From Massalongia carnosa (taxonomy: Eukaryota): a DNA stretch of 64,000 bases. Numbering within the stretch: the stretch's first letter is position 1; the number at the start of each line of letters is the position of its first letter. Made by a program: the position numbers and the translations under genes. The stretch covers positions 930,001-994,000 of the forward strand of contig OZ287078.1 of NCBI GenBank assembly GCA_965645245.1. The letters run 5' to 3'. The notes under the pieces were generated by a model. That model made no database searches and was not told where the DNA came from. It worked only from the letters and a program-made list of their open reading frames with translations. Positions 50,609 through 63,328 of this stretch are shown here, in pieces.

Positions 50609-51454
50609 GACGTGTATCCGAAGCGCTTTGGATGACAAGGGGTGACAAGGAACCAAAACCGACACGCCCTACCCAATCGTTCGTTATTCCCAAGACAGAA
50701 ATTCATGACTCGCTGGAGTTTTGTGCAGTGCCAGTTGATACCCAGCCATGATGGATTGATACCCAATCCTCATGATACTCTATCTCCTACGTCACCTCAG
50801 CTCAAGGCGTATTTCTTCTTTTCCACCTTTCAGCCCAAAGCAGGTTAGCTCACAGCATTAGTTACCTAGCGTGCGTACCCAGAGTAATTACCCCTCACTT
50901 CCAACCCACACCCTACTCCTTACGTAAGCAGAGTCTTCTCATCCCTCGAACAATCTTCATCTTGCTCACATCTTCAGATATTCAAAAGTGTTCACACCGT
51001 AAGAGCTGGCAACCTCCTTTCTAACATCCCAAGAAAAACTTCATTAGCTCTCATTGTCAATTGCTACCATCGCTTCTGCATCCACCAACATCGCTTTGCT
51101 GCATTGCTTCCCCTACCATCGCCGCTTATCCTCGGTTTTCACAGATTGCGTTCAAGAACGGGCCCATAGTTACACGTATAATAGTCGCCTTCCAACAGGA
51201 TATCTCATACACCACCTATACTCTGTTCATTATTACATCCCGGATTGATAGCTGTCGTGCAACGGTTGACATCGAAAATCTCAGTACGACCTCATCGCAG
51301 ATAACGATGAGGTAGCGGCTCGGAGATTGCTCTAGCTTCGTGAACTCTCCCATATCTTCAACCTTCGCCACTACGCTCCTCTTCTGTCAGACTTCTTCGA
51401 AACTTCCCAGACACGTGTCATACCTCTGTCTAAAGTCAAATTGCATCTTGGATA

Positions 51455-53662
51455 ATGTTTGCGATGCCAGGATCGATGGCGTCGACGCGTCGCTTGGAAA
51501 TCTTCCAAGATCCAATTTCGTGCGCCAATAGCGATATGTCACCAGAGGCTCCTCAGAATCACATAACACCACTCCCGCTCGATCGACAAGCACTTGTCGA
51601 TAGATTTCCTTCAAACGAGATTGTCTTTGATCCCCCATTTATTACATCGACTGGACGATCGCCGCTCAAACCCGCCCGCCAACCAAACAAAACTCCTCCA
51701 AAATACCTTATTGATGGAAAGTCAATCATCTCGCTTCCCCATCCGCGAGAAACTGCATTCACCACCGACTCTCCCTTGAAAAAACTGTCTGCTACAACAT
51801 TTCAGGCCATTGCTCCGCAAAAGCCTTCAAGAGCCGATCCCAATTCGGTCTCTAATGCTAGATCAGTCGACAAGGAGAACTTCAATCCTAAATTTCACAA
51901 CGATAACTTTGCCGAGTTTCCTAAACCGCCTTACGACTTCAGTGCACCATTGAAAAGAAAACTACTCGACGCTGCACCGCTTCGAGAGGGGCAATCTAAG
52001 AAACCGAGACTAGAACCAAAGCTTGATACAAGACCAGCTCCGAAATCCGAGCAGGTGGTAGTGCAGCAGATTCCAGAGCCTCATGACATGCCAGCATTGG
52101 ATGACAACGGGTCCAAGCCACCTTATAGCTATGCCGCACTTATTGGAATGTCGATTCTTCGAGCCCCTGGCCGGCGTCTCACCCTTGCTCAGATCTACAA
52201 ATGGATATCCGACTCGTTCTCATACTATCCAGCCTCTGATGCTCGATGGCAAAATAGCATTCGTCATAACCTCAGCTTAAACAAAGCTTTCATCAAGCAG
52301 GAAAGGCCAAAGGATGATCCTGGAAAAGGCAATTATTGGGCAATCGAGCCAGGGATGGAATCACAATTTGTCAAAGACAAACCAACACGTCGGCCAATTT
52401 CATCCTCGGGACCCAGTATGAGGATCTTTCAACAACCTTCGAACGAGGGCCATCATAGTTCCTGCCCAGCTCCGAATGACCTTACTCCTAAAGCGAATGT
52501 GGGGGTGTCTGATGTTTTAGAGCCATCTTCCGATGCAACAATTCCGGCCTCTGACGCTACTTCCCATGAGGAAGATGCATCTGAAATACTTCACATGCCT
52601 CCACCTTCTTTGCGACTTCCACCTTCTTCGCCTCTGCAGATGATTCACTCATCGCCGCCGGTGGCTTATCATCCACACAATGCCGAAGATACGTCACCAC
52701 TTGCCCCTCAAATTTCGCTCCCTTCAAGTCGTTTATCAACGAAGAAGCGATCTTCTGCAGCCATGGATGATAGTGGTTATTTTTCCTCGATCGATTCGTC
52801 TGCTACCAGACCATATCATGATGGTAAAGTTTCTTTCACCGAGCTCAGCGGAGACAAAAAACGCATGCGGCGAGGCCGGGCGGAAGAGGAGATTGCTCGT
52901 ATCCGGTCCTCATCCCATGATATCAGCCCAACCAAAGGGCGCTATCTTATGCAACCCACGCCACAATTTGCGTCATCATCTCCTCTCCGCCATTTCAATA
53001 GCTCCAATATGCTCCCACCCTTGACACCCGCGGTCACTTTCAAAATTCCAGCGAAACCTCCTGCGTCGATTTCGCCCAACACTAACCTACGAAATCACCG
53101 CAACAAGATCAGAGAGCTTGTCGGTTCTCCAGCGAAAACCCCTAGCTTGCTCCATGATGCGATTCCTTTCAGTCCTGCTTTCCATATTGTCGAAGACGAG
53201 CATTCTACTTTCAGTGATGCGCTCGGTTCCGGTTTTGATATATTTACCGACGACACTGGGGATGGGTATCTCCAGCTCTCACCAACTTCTCTCAAAAAGC
53301 GATCTGTTCGACGATCTCGTATGGATCGGGCTAGTAACACTGGCTATATCCTTGCCGATGTCACAGGAAGCAGTCTGAACAACAAAGTCACGTCTTCAGC
53401 TTTACACGTGCCGTTTCTAAATTCGCCCACATGTCGAACTCCAGGCAAGTCATCAATTGCACTCGATGACGACTTTATTAGAACAGATAAGGAGGATATT
53501 TTTGGCCTGGATTTATTTGCGGACGAAGCGCCTGACGACATCGGTGGTCTAGACCTTCTACAAGGCTTCCAGAAAATTGGGGGCAATAAGAACTTGTCTA
53601 CCACACCAAGCAAAATGTCAAGGTCACCACTTGGAAATCGCAGCCAAACATCGCGTTTCTAG
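51455..53662 (+). CDS. Forkhead transcription factor (Sep1/Hcm1-like)
   Basis: [37 protein letters not shown] and [11 protein letters not shown] box and many S/T-P sites. True start may be 51464 or 51476. Confidence 0.92.
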   Translation: MFAMPGSMASTRRLEIFQDPISCANSDMSPEAPQNHITPLPLDRQALVDRFPSNEIVFDPPFITSTGRSPLKPARQPNKTPPKYLIDGKSIISLPHPRETAFTTDSPLKKLSATTFQAIAPQKPSRADPNSVSNARSVDKENFNPKFHNDNFAEFPKPPYDFSAPLKRKLLDAAPLREGQSKKPRLEPKLDTRPAPKSEQVVVQQIPEPHDMPALDDNGSKPPYSYAALIGMSILRAPGRRLTLAQIYKWISDSFSYYPASDARWQNSIRHNLSLNKAFIKQERPKDDPGKGNYWAIEPGMESQFVKDKPTRRPISSSGPSMRIFQQPSNEGHHSSCPAPNDLTPKANVGVSDVLEPSSDATIPASDATSHEEDASEILHMPPPSLRLPPSSPLQMIHSSPPVAYHPHNAEDTSPLAPQISLPSSRLSTKKRSSAAMDDSGYFSSIDSSATRPYHDGKVSFTELSGDKKRMRRGRAEEEIARIRSSSHDISPTKGRYLMQPTPQFASSSPLRHFNSSNMLPPLTPAVTFKIPAKPPASISPNTNLRNHRNKIRELVGSPAKTPSLLHDAIPFSPAFHIVEDEHSTFSDALGSGFDIFTDDTGDGYLQLSPTSLKKRSVRRSRMDRASNTGYILADVTGSSLNNKVTSSALHVPFLNSPTCRTPGKSSIALDDDFIRTDKEDIFGLDLFADEAPDDIGGLDLLQGFQKIGGNKNLSTTPSKMSRSPLGNRSQTSRF

Positions 53663-54720
53663 GCTTGGCTCCTGGACACTAAAATTTAAAGTGGTCGATA
53701 CGATGTTACTTTCTTCTACTAAAACAAAACTTCAATTGACCTGTAAATCGGAATCCCTAGGGGGAAAGCTTCCAACGCCTAACAACCCAGACTCTGGAAG
53801 TCTATTTAGGCAGCTTTACTCGGTCGATCTTCAGTCTTACAAATTCCGAGCTAAATTTGTTCGCCATGGCACGTTCTGTTCCCTTTTCTTTTCTTATGTT
53901 ATGTTATTTTGTTTGTTCCGGAAAAGCGGGTGAAGACCTTACCTAGTTGGAGTTCCAGAACTGTGATCGGAATCTCAGCCTTAGCTGGCCCTTGATCAGC
54001 GCGTCCGTATGGCCAACAGAGGAGGGGGTTCAGGTGGGGATATGGGGAATGCATAGATGATACACGGCCCCAATACCCAAAATGATTAATGATTCGGCCA
54101 CTCAGGGGAGAACGCTTTTCTTTCGTGGAATCTGGCAGTTCCAGGAAACCAGGGAGTTACAAGGGGAGTTGGCTGGGAATCTTTCATGCAACGAGATGAA
54201 GCACATGAATGGGGAAACCGGGGGGGCGGCGGGGGAGGGGAGGAGGAGACAAGTGTCGCCGCAATCTTAATTTTCTTTTTCCATCAAGGTAGCCATCTCG
54301 CTATCGGCAAAATCACCGATCGTATGAGAGACATATTTTTCGTGCTGATGTGCGCCTGCTTGATCATGGACAATACATAACTCTGACTCTGGCTGTGAAA
54401 GTCCTCTGGTTCGCTGGTCGTAGGAAGACGAGGAGGAGCAGCCAAGGTAAATTCGAGGTGTACATAATACCTCACCACCGCAACAACAACAATAACAATA
54501 CGCCCAATACCGCTACGCCTGTGATAGGTACTCGGGGATTGCATGTTCCCAACGCGTCTAGTGTGAAATGGGAATGTCTATCACCAATAAATGACCCATG
54601 GACCTCAAGCAAAAATGCCACCAGCCAGCCAGACAGCCCCATTTATGCACTGAGCCCCTTCTCCAAACCCCCCCCCGGGTCTCTATGACGGCCACTGAAG
54701 CAGGAGGGGAGGCTCCTCGC

Positions 54721-55989
54721 TCAACGGGTCCATCCCGCGAGCAAGACGCCGCCTCCTTCTCCCTCGTCGTCGTCGTCGCTAGGCACTACGCCGTCCGAGG
54801 TCATGTCCCCCTGCCCCTTGTCCCAATCCCATCCCCAGCCCGCATCGACCTCGAACCTCCTCTGCTTGACGAACGCGCTGACGTCCGCCCACCGCCTCGC
54901 CTCCTCCAAGTAGCCCACCACCTGCGCCAAGACGTCCATACCCTGCGTCGTCTCCGCGCCTCCGCCCTCGGCGACAAACTCCGGGATCTGCACCAAGTTG
55001 TGCGGCTGCGCGCTTGCTTTCAGACGGCTGTCATCGATCAGCAGCGTGTTTGCTTGGCTCCACTTGACCTCTTGGCGCGCCTGCGGATGCGTCGTCGACA
55101 GGCTCGCGTTGTTCCAGATGCGGTCGAGGCGCTTGTAGACCTGCACCCTGGAGGTGTATTGGTCCGGCGTGAGGCCGAGGGTGTCACGCGCCCATTCACC
55201 GAGGAGGCTCTTGCGGTCTTGCGGCCGAAAGAGCTGGCGGCAGATGGCAGAGACGTTGGTGGGAGTGGCGGAGGACCAGACGAGGACGGTGTGGTTAGCG
55301 AGGCAGTAGGCGAGGAAGTTGGAAAGGGAGGGCCGAGGCAGGTAGGTGGAGCTGGCGTAAGGGCGGTGGAGGAGCGTACCGTTTAGGTCTAGGACGAGGA
55401 GGAGTCGCTGCGGGGTTGGAAGTCGGGTGAGGGGAAGCGACGCAAGGGATAGGTAGCTGGGTAAGGGGGTTGGGGCGGGGAGGTGTCGCAGAGGAGCTTG
55501 GTTAAGAGTTTTTGGTTTTTTGGCTTTTGCCGGGAGGGGTTTGGTGGGTGAGGGGGTAGCATACGCGGTGCTCGAACGGGCTGCGCCTAGCCATCGGTCA
55601 AAGGACATGGGAGCTGAAGCTGGAGGGGTCATGGCTGCATATCTAGAGCACTTGTCAACTCGTCATGGGGGCACTTGGCGAAACCGTGGCACTACTGACG
55701 CTGCAGGGTGAGGCGGTGCATCTTCCCCTCTGTGAGCGTTGTCGAACTTCTTCTTAGGCCGACGAGTAGCGTTGCGACCATGTTTCACCTGGCCCAAGGA
55801 CAGCTGGTTCAAGTTCAAAGCATCGATAGCCTCTGCCGCGGATCCCGGGGCTGCCATGGTGGGAATCGTGAGCTTGTTCCTCCTGAGCGACGGCCGAGAT
55901 TGAGCCCAAAGGAGAATGCTTGATCTGATGGAGAGCGGAAATGTGAAGAACGGACGAAGGCAGTTTGATGATAGCACTGGCGACGTCAT
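54721..55989 (-). CDS. NIF/FCP1-homology HAD phosphatase-like protein
   Basis: LLVLDLNGTLL, RP.L..FL, VWSSA, YKRLDRIW and NTLLIDDS..K. Upstream exon joined by an inferred phase-2 intron (~55699-55643); start uncertain (55989, 55857 or 55632). Confidence 0.8.
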
Positions 55990-56220
55990 TCATTCGATGC
56001 GTAGCGGAGCACAAGCGAATGTGAATTTGATGAAGATGAAGATGAAGATGAAGATGAATCGAGGCTAACCAGTGTGACGAAGAGGCTCTGTGATTGTTTG
56101 TCAAACAATTGATGATGATGGATACGAATACGACTTTTATCCACTTAATTGAGCCACACACACCTACATCGCTTTCTATTTCCTCGCCGCCCCTCCAAAA
56201 AAAACCCCCCAATTTCACCA

Positions 56221-57158
56221 ATGGGCCTCTCAGAGACCCTACAAAGGCGCATCAAGCCGCTGAAATACGAAAGCGACGATGAACCCGCCTCGGAAGATGA
56301 AGAACCCCCAGACCCCGAACGGCCGGCCGACGACTCCCAAGCCCTCGACGCATCAGACAATAGCGAAGACGCAGAAACCGTAAGATCGTAATCTATCTAC
56401 GCTCGTAACCCGCATAAACGCTAAGACAAGCCCAAAAGGAGGACTCAAACGAGGACTCAGCACCCAGCGAGCAAGACTTCCGCACCATCTCCTTCGGTGC
56501 CCTAGCCCGCGCCCAAGAAAGCCTCAGCCAGCCCAACCGCAGCAGCGCCGGCGCCCGCCCATCGTCCCCCAATGCCGAAGCGGCCGAGCGCAAAGCCGGA
56601 AAGCTAGACAAGCGGGACTTCTCGCGCTCCTCGAAACACGCGCCGGCGGAGCGCTCGTCGAAAAAAGCCGTGTCGCGACGCCGCGCCGTCGTCGCGGTCC
56701 CCAAGCCCGACGCTCGCGACCCGCGCTTCGAGCCCGTCAGCGGGCCCCTCGACCCCGCGCGTACCACGCGCAACTACGCCTTCCTAGCCACCTACCGCGC
56801 GTCGGAAATGGCCCAGCTCCGCGCGGACGTCCGCGCGAGCGCGCCGGCCGCGGACGCCACGTACCCGCTCCAGCGCGCGCTCCGCCGCATGGAGTCGCAG
56901 CAGCGCGCGCAAGAGGCCAAGGACCGCGAGCGTGAGGTGCTGCGGGCGCACCGGACGGCGGAGAGGGAGCGCGTTCGCGCCGGCAAGAGGCCGTTTTATC
57001 TGAAAAAGGCCGAGCGGAGGAAACTGGCGCTGGTGGAGCGGTTCGCGGAGCTGGCCCCGAAGCAACTGGACCGGGCGATTGGGCGGCGCCGGAAGAAGAA
57101 GGCGGGGAAGGAGAGAAGGGGGATGCCGGCTGCGAGAAGGGGAGGGTCGGATGGGTGA
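56221..57158 (+). CDS. RRP36: rRNA biogenesis protein Rrp36
   Basis: ISFGALARAQ, RSSKHAPAERSSKKAVSRRR, RDPRF, NYAFL..YRASE and GKRPFYLKKAE. Intron ~56380-56426. Confidence 0.9.
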
Positions 57159-58348
57159 AACTCTATTTTTGGAAAGAATAATAAAATAAAAAATAAAAAG
57201 AAAAAGAAAAAGAAAAAGAAAACGAGGATCACTGCCCGTTTAACCTACCAATTTCCCCCCCCTCAAACTCTATCCCGGTTTTTTAAAATCAATCTCAACC
57301 TCGGCGGTTCTTCTTTCCTTTATTTTTCAGCCATCGTCTACCTAGTTTTCCCCCCCCCCCCATCTTTTTTTTTCGTTTCTTTTTTTCCATTTCTCACTCT
57401 CTCTTTTCTTCTTTCAAGAAAAGGAAAAAGAAAAGAAAGAAACCCCCCTTTTGTTTTCCACTTCTTATTCTACCTCTCTTCTTCTTCATACAAATCAAAG
57501 CTTAAATCTCAACTCGTAAAACTCCCAAACCGAAACGAAAGAAATTTCATCCACCTCCAGTCTGAAATTTCCCCCGATGCCACTTTCTTGTTTTCTCGTT
57601 CTCGTATCATTTCCCTTTTTTTTTTTCAAGTATCTCTCTCTCCTCACTAATAACTAACCCCTTTACTAACCTCATCTCCTGTACCTTCTCCCCTCTCCCC
57701 TCTTCCCAATCCCCATCGAATCGAACAAAAAAGAGCACGTCCCACCATCCTTGTTTTCCGTTATTGTTGTTGTTGTTTTTTTTTTGGGGGGGGGCCTTTT
57801 CAAAGAAATGAAGAAACGAATAAAGGAAATGAATTGGTTAGATAGATAAACATTCCGTTCTTTCGGGTACCGAGCAATTACCTCATGCTGCAAACATCAT
57901 CATGAGAGACATATATATCGAGAGAGATGGATAAAAGGTCAATCCTTTCGCTATATCGTATCGTATCGAACCTGCCTACGTACATAGATAGCCTTGCCTT
58001 CGCTCGCGGTCTTCCATGCCTGTGCACTCACTCCCCCGCTTCCCCCCTGCCTGGGTCTTTAAACCCCAAAAGTAAAAAATCACAAACGAACCCGCCATGA
58101 CGTTGATGCACACCCGAAGCTCATCCACTCCGTCAACGCCCAGTTCAGCGCCTATTAGATGAAAAACGTACGCGGCCAGATGCCAATCACACAGCCAAAA
58201 ATGATGGAGAAGGGGAGAAGGGGGGGGGGGGGGGGGGTGTTGGGAAAGCTACATACATGTCCTCATGCGTCGATACGTGGTCCCATTAAATTTTCCTTCC
58301 CCAAAATACCGAGAAACCGTGCCGTCGTGCTGTCCCAAGGTGGGCGGT

Positions 58349-59900
58349 TCACGAATGAAACAAATCCCAAGCGCGTGCGCACAGCCCCAAGAACTCATCC
58401 TTCTTCTTCCTTTGCACCTCGGGAGTATCGACGCCCTCCCCAAACGGCCCCCGTCTGCTGGGGTCCGGCCCGCTGCCCAGGGGCGGCGTGCCCATGTCTC
58501 GTTCGTACTCGGCTCGAGGCCGCCTCCGGGCCCCGCCGTGGCCGAGGGAGCCGCGGCCGAGATCGCCGTTGTGATGGCTCGGGGCCAGCTTGTTGGGGGT
58601 GAGGCCGCTGCCCCCCGTCACCGGGGAGGGCGGAGTGGGCGGTTGCTGGTGGCTGGTGTAATGCACGATTTTGGGGAGCAGCTCCTCGCGCCCCCCGGCC
58701 AACTCCGCGACCACCTCCTCCGCGGATCGATAATCTCGCGATCGACTGGTCGGCGGCGGATGGGACGACGGAGGCGGCAGCCCGGGCGACGGGAAGGTCG
58801 GACGATGGTTCGAATGCGAGGAGTTGGAGTTGGAGTGGTAGAATCCGTTCCGGTTGGGGTTCTCGCGGTGAACGCCCAGCCCTTCCCCGGCGAACACGTC
58901 GGAGATGGGGGGCAATCGGTTGTTGGTTTGCGTCGCCGGCACGTGATGGATGTGCGAGGTGTTGGACAGGTTGGACGGCTGATTCGCGACATGCCGGGTC
59001 ATGGGGTGAGGCTGATGCCGGCCGGTGAAACTTTGATGCAACGGCGCCGACTGGATGACCCGCTCGTTGGCAAACTGTTCGTGCGACGGGGGCACAATGG
59101 ACAAGCCGGCGGGAGGTCTCTTCTTGGCCGAGGGCGTCTTCAGGCCCGCGCCGAAGGGGTTGAGTTCCGCCGTCCGGGCGCCGTCGGGATCGGTCGGTTT
59201 GGCGGTTTTTTGCAGCCGCGACTCGATGATGTGTCGTTGCTGATCGCGCACGGAGATGCTTCGCTGCAGCTGTTCTCGCATGGTCGGGTCCTGGGTCTGG
59301 AAGCCGGGCGACAGGCAGGCCAGGCCGACATCATGCATCGCCAGACCCCCGCTTTCTCGGGCCGTCAAGGGCGCCGACGGTCGTGATGAGGTTGCGCCCT
59401 GGCTGTGCGCGATGCTCGACGACAAGTCCAACTTCCGCGGTCGATGGCGGGACGTCGCCGGGACCTCCGGGGAGGACGGAGGCTCTTTCTTCACGATGAT
59501 CTTGGGAGGAGGACCATGCCGGGCACTGTACGTGGTGTGAGCCTGACGGTACGTTTTCCGCATTGACATGTTTCTTCTCTTTTTTTTGGTCTTTTTTTTC
59601 TTTTTCTTTCTTTCGTTCTCTTCTCGATCATGCAGGGGTGCTCGCGATGTGGTCAACTTACGAGAGAGGCGATCGTTTGCCATCCGGAGTCACCTTTTGC
59701 TGCGCCGTGCCTTCCTCGAGGCCCACTGGACCGTTGTTGGATGTCGAATAGGGTGTCGCTGACGTGGAGTTTCGCTCGCCGTGATTCGGTGTGTGGACGG
59801 AGGGAGCCAGCGTGGGATACGAGGACTTGGGACTCACGTCGGCTTCGGACGGTGGCGGAGCCAACGGTGGCGCTAGAGCCGGTGCAACCGCTGTAGACAT
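58349..59900 (-). CDS. Uncharacterised S/P/H-rich protein
   Basis: Exon 1 at 59900-59662 (MSTAVAPA..), intron 59661-59526 (GTAAGT..CTCAC..TACAG), exon 2 to stop at 58349. Blocks IIVKKEPPSSP, RPRKLDLS, GLACLSPGF and KKDEFLGLCARAWDLFHS; strong GC3 codon bias. Confidence 0.8.
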
Positions 59901-60418
59901 TAGACGTGGATGTGCACCGATCTGGTGGTGTATGCGAAGTCGATGGTTCGAGTTGCGAGCAAAGCGTCCTAGCAGTTGAGCGCAAAGACCACAGGCAAAG
60001 CGCTGCCGTCAATGCTCTGTCCAGCAGTCTGTCGTGCTGCGAAGCCTAGTCGTGGTTATCGGGGTTGGTCAGGCTACCCTTTTCGGACGTCTAAGTGGCA
60101 GCGATCAGGCCAGGTTTTTGGGTTTGTGGGGGGGGGGGAGGTGGTTGGTTGGTTGGTTTAGGGGGGGGGAGGTGGGAGGTTGTGAGGTGGATGTGTAGCG
60201 GGAGAAAGGTTTCCAGGTCCACCAAAATCCGATACTCGGATGCAACGGGAGGAGGGGAGATTTTCGCACAATGTTTCGGTTTCAGGATTGGTCGATTCTC
60301 GGGTCCGAATGTAAACTTTCTAGATTCTGATTTGATTTACTTGATGGAAGGGAATGCAGGACGGTTCCAATCCGAGTGATACGAGGAAGCGTGAAAGTTG
60401 GTCAGAAGGGATCTAATC

Positions 60419-60910
60419 AATTAACGAATTAACGAGTTAACGAGTTAACGAATGAATGAATTAATGAAGCAACGAATTAATGAAGTAACGAATTAATGAA
60501 TAACGAATTAATGAATTAATGATTCGGAAGAGGAGTCGGGGGAATTGTTTCGAGAGCACAGAGCCAAGTATAGAGTCAAGTACCGAGCAAGTAGTGACCC
60601 GTGGAGCGGGTTAACTATAATGAATGGGCGAATGGTTGACGATGGATCATGCTTACTCGGTACAGATACAACGGGTGATAATCCGTATCGAGTAAAATCA
60701 TCCATCCAAACGTCATCCAACCCTCATCCAACCTCATCCAACCTCATTCAACCTCATTCAACCTCATTCAACCAACATTAATTCACATCAATTCCACATC
60801 GTTCCACATCGTTCTACATCGTTCCGCATTAATCCACGCTCCGCTCGAAAGGTTACCAACGACCTTGTCCCTTGTCCCTTGCCCCTTGTTCCCTTGTCCC
60901 TTCCTTGTAC
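60419..60910. repeat. Cluster of short imperfect tandem repeats in a large divergent intergenic region
   Basis: (TTAACGAR)n and (AACGAATTAATGAA)n at 60419-60522; (TCATYCAACC)n at ~60708-60775; (TTCCACATCG)n at ~60790-60830; (CCTTGTC)n at ~60864-60910. Confidence 0.8.
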
Positions 60911-63328
60911 CTACCCTAGCGAACGGAACTATACCGTGTTCGACGATCCGTTAACCCGTTGTGGTCGACACTCTGTACTTGCTATCCCCTCGTTCGAGAC
61001 TAGTGAGCGAAGATGACACAAAAGCCTCGGTAGTCGGTACTCGCCCGTTCAAATCATCATTTTGGCGAGTTAGCCAAGCCCACCAGCCATGGCATTGTGG
61101 AATATGTGATACGTGATATAGAATGAAATACTCCGTACAGAGTAGTGAAATAGGTACCCACGTAGTCATACCGAGTACGGAACATGAGGATCGTATTGGA
61201 CAAGAAGGATCACGGTCAGAAACAAACAAGTGTCGACAGAGAGTGTACTCGGTAGTCTTCTCGAATTCATCCCCCCGTACTCGGTACTCGGTACTCGACT
61301 GGGTCATAGGGAGTGCTTTAGTGCTCAGTCAGACGGCTGAGACATGCGTTTCGCCAGTCTCGTCGTCCCTTTTCATCATCCATGTCCTGCGAACAGAGTA
61401 TCCGTGTTACGAATTCCGCCCCCGCCCCCCCCCCCGAAACAGAATAAGAATGGGGGTTCGACGTGACGGACCGACGTCTTCTCCGCGTGTGTGAGCCTCG
61501 GGGTCATGGAAGGAAACCACGCCGGATACTGGAGCTGCCCATAGTGATCCCTAATCCCAAGGACTTCCCGCCGCGTAAAACATTCACCGTTCCTGGACCG
61601 GATCCCCCCCCCAAGGACGTTTGCTGTACCGAATGTTCTGCACTCCACCGGAATCATGACAAACTCGACGTGTTATGCGATGATGATCAAAAGGGTCGGA
61701 TATGCTGCCGAGCCCTCGCATGACCGACGTGTGGTGTGTTCCGGTCGACTCTGGTCTGGCCCATACCGCGGCCCGCATGGATGATATGTACGTCTGGAAT
61801 CCATGCGCCAACCAGATGTCACGCTCCGTCCTCGTTGCATGCGCAGGCGAGCATCATGGTAACACAGCGTGTGTGAGTGACATGATACTGCAGATGGGGG
61901 ATGGAGAAATCCATCATCGTCAGCATGAGGATAGGTATCATGCCATGTACGAGTACAAAGCACCAAGAGGCGTTGTGTGTTTCCACAAGAAGCTTCCGTC
62001 CTGTTAGGTAGAACCCGAATCCGTCTTCAGGCTACGATACGGTTCAGGAGTGATGCTTCGGAGAGGAGACACCCACTCGACCAATGACCACGCGTTTGAG
62101 AACCGACGATCCTGAATCGCCTGGAAGATCGGCCTTTTTCCTTCCTTGGGGGCGTTCCTGCCTAAGCGCTCATGAAACATCGGAAACCAAGCGTGCGCTA
62201 TCAAACGCAAAATACTCACTGTACGTACTGTCTCAGCATCCTGAAGATCAATCATCGTGGATGGTCGAAATGGAAAAACCTCGACGAATAAATAAAGATC
62301 AAGCACGACGGGCATAATAGGCAACCAGATGTAACTACTGTCTGTACGCCGGTTCCATTTGCATGCGACGGGAAAGTAAGCCGTGCAGTGAGTGGCCTTG
62401 GCCCCAAAAAACCAAAACAAAAAAAAAAAAAACTCCCCCCCAAACGTTCTTTCGAACCACGAACAAAAACCTCCCTGCAGCGTTCAACCCGCGAGGCATC
62501 CCCGGCACCATGCTTTCGATAGTCTGCTGCAGTAGTCTCAGACCTCGTCTCAAAGAGGATGGAAAGCAACGGTGCAAAGCCGCGCGCCTGTGTCTGTCTG
62601 CACCAGCGCAGGCTTTCGTTTTTCCATCTCCTTAGCGACGCGCTGCAGAGGTTTCGGTGAGACTTTTGGCAAAACCCGGTAAAAGGAGAGAGTCAGAGAA
62701 TCCATTCCAGGTCGTCTGGAAGGTACTTTTTTATATCACCATGCGTCAATACCCCACGTCCACCTGGCGGTTTCGCGCATCACACTGTATCAAGCCCGCT
62801 AATTACCTCAGCTCCTCTTTCCCAAAGCAGTCGGATGTCTGCTCTTCATCAACTTCACCACCACAGAAATCCGTATCATTGCTTTTTACCCCCCCTCAAG
62901 TCATCTGATCGGAACACCTCCCCCTTTCTACCTACCTAAATCATTCAAGATGAAGTAGTTACGTCTCCGAAGCAGAAGATGGTGTATGCCCACTAGCACC
63001 CCGAACACCGTCCATATAATTTCCCATATACGTAATTATAGATACCTCGGTCTTTCTAAACCCCCTCCCCTTTCCCCCAAATGGCACCTTTTATGCCCGT
63101 AGCAATGCATAATTATCGATACAATTAATCACTAGTTACTTAGTTAAGCGAAAACCTCCCCTCCCCCCACTCTGAAGCTATGTAAGAATGTAATTTTTCT
63201 TACTCCGTCGTACCAACCAACCAACCAACCTATCTGTCTATCTTACCTATACACGTTGAAAAAAATAAAACCCTAATCCATCTTCTTCATCCACCTCCTC
63301 TTTCCCCCATAAGCACAAACACATTGTT

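Noticed and set aside
55375..55400. DLNGT instead of DxDxT in the NIF-domain protein
   Set aside because: As I recall this variant is typical of the fungal subfamily, so it is not evidence of novelty or pseudogenisation.
58265..59386. 373-aa + strand ORF (likewise 54598-55386, 40483-41037 and 40395-40943)
   Set aside because: Antisense or alternate-frame shadows of GC-rich real genes.
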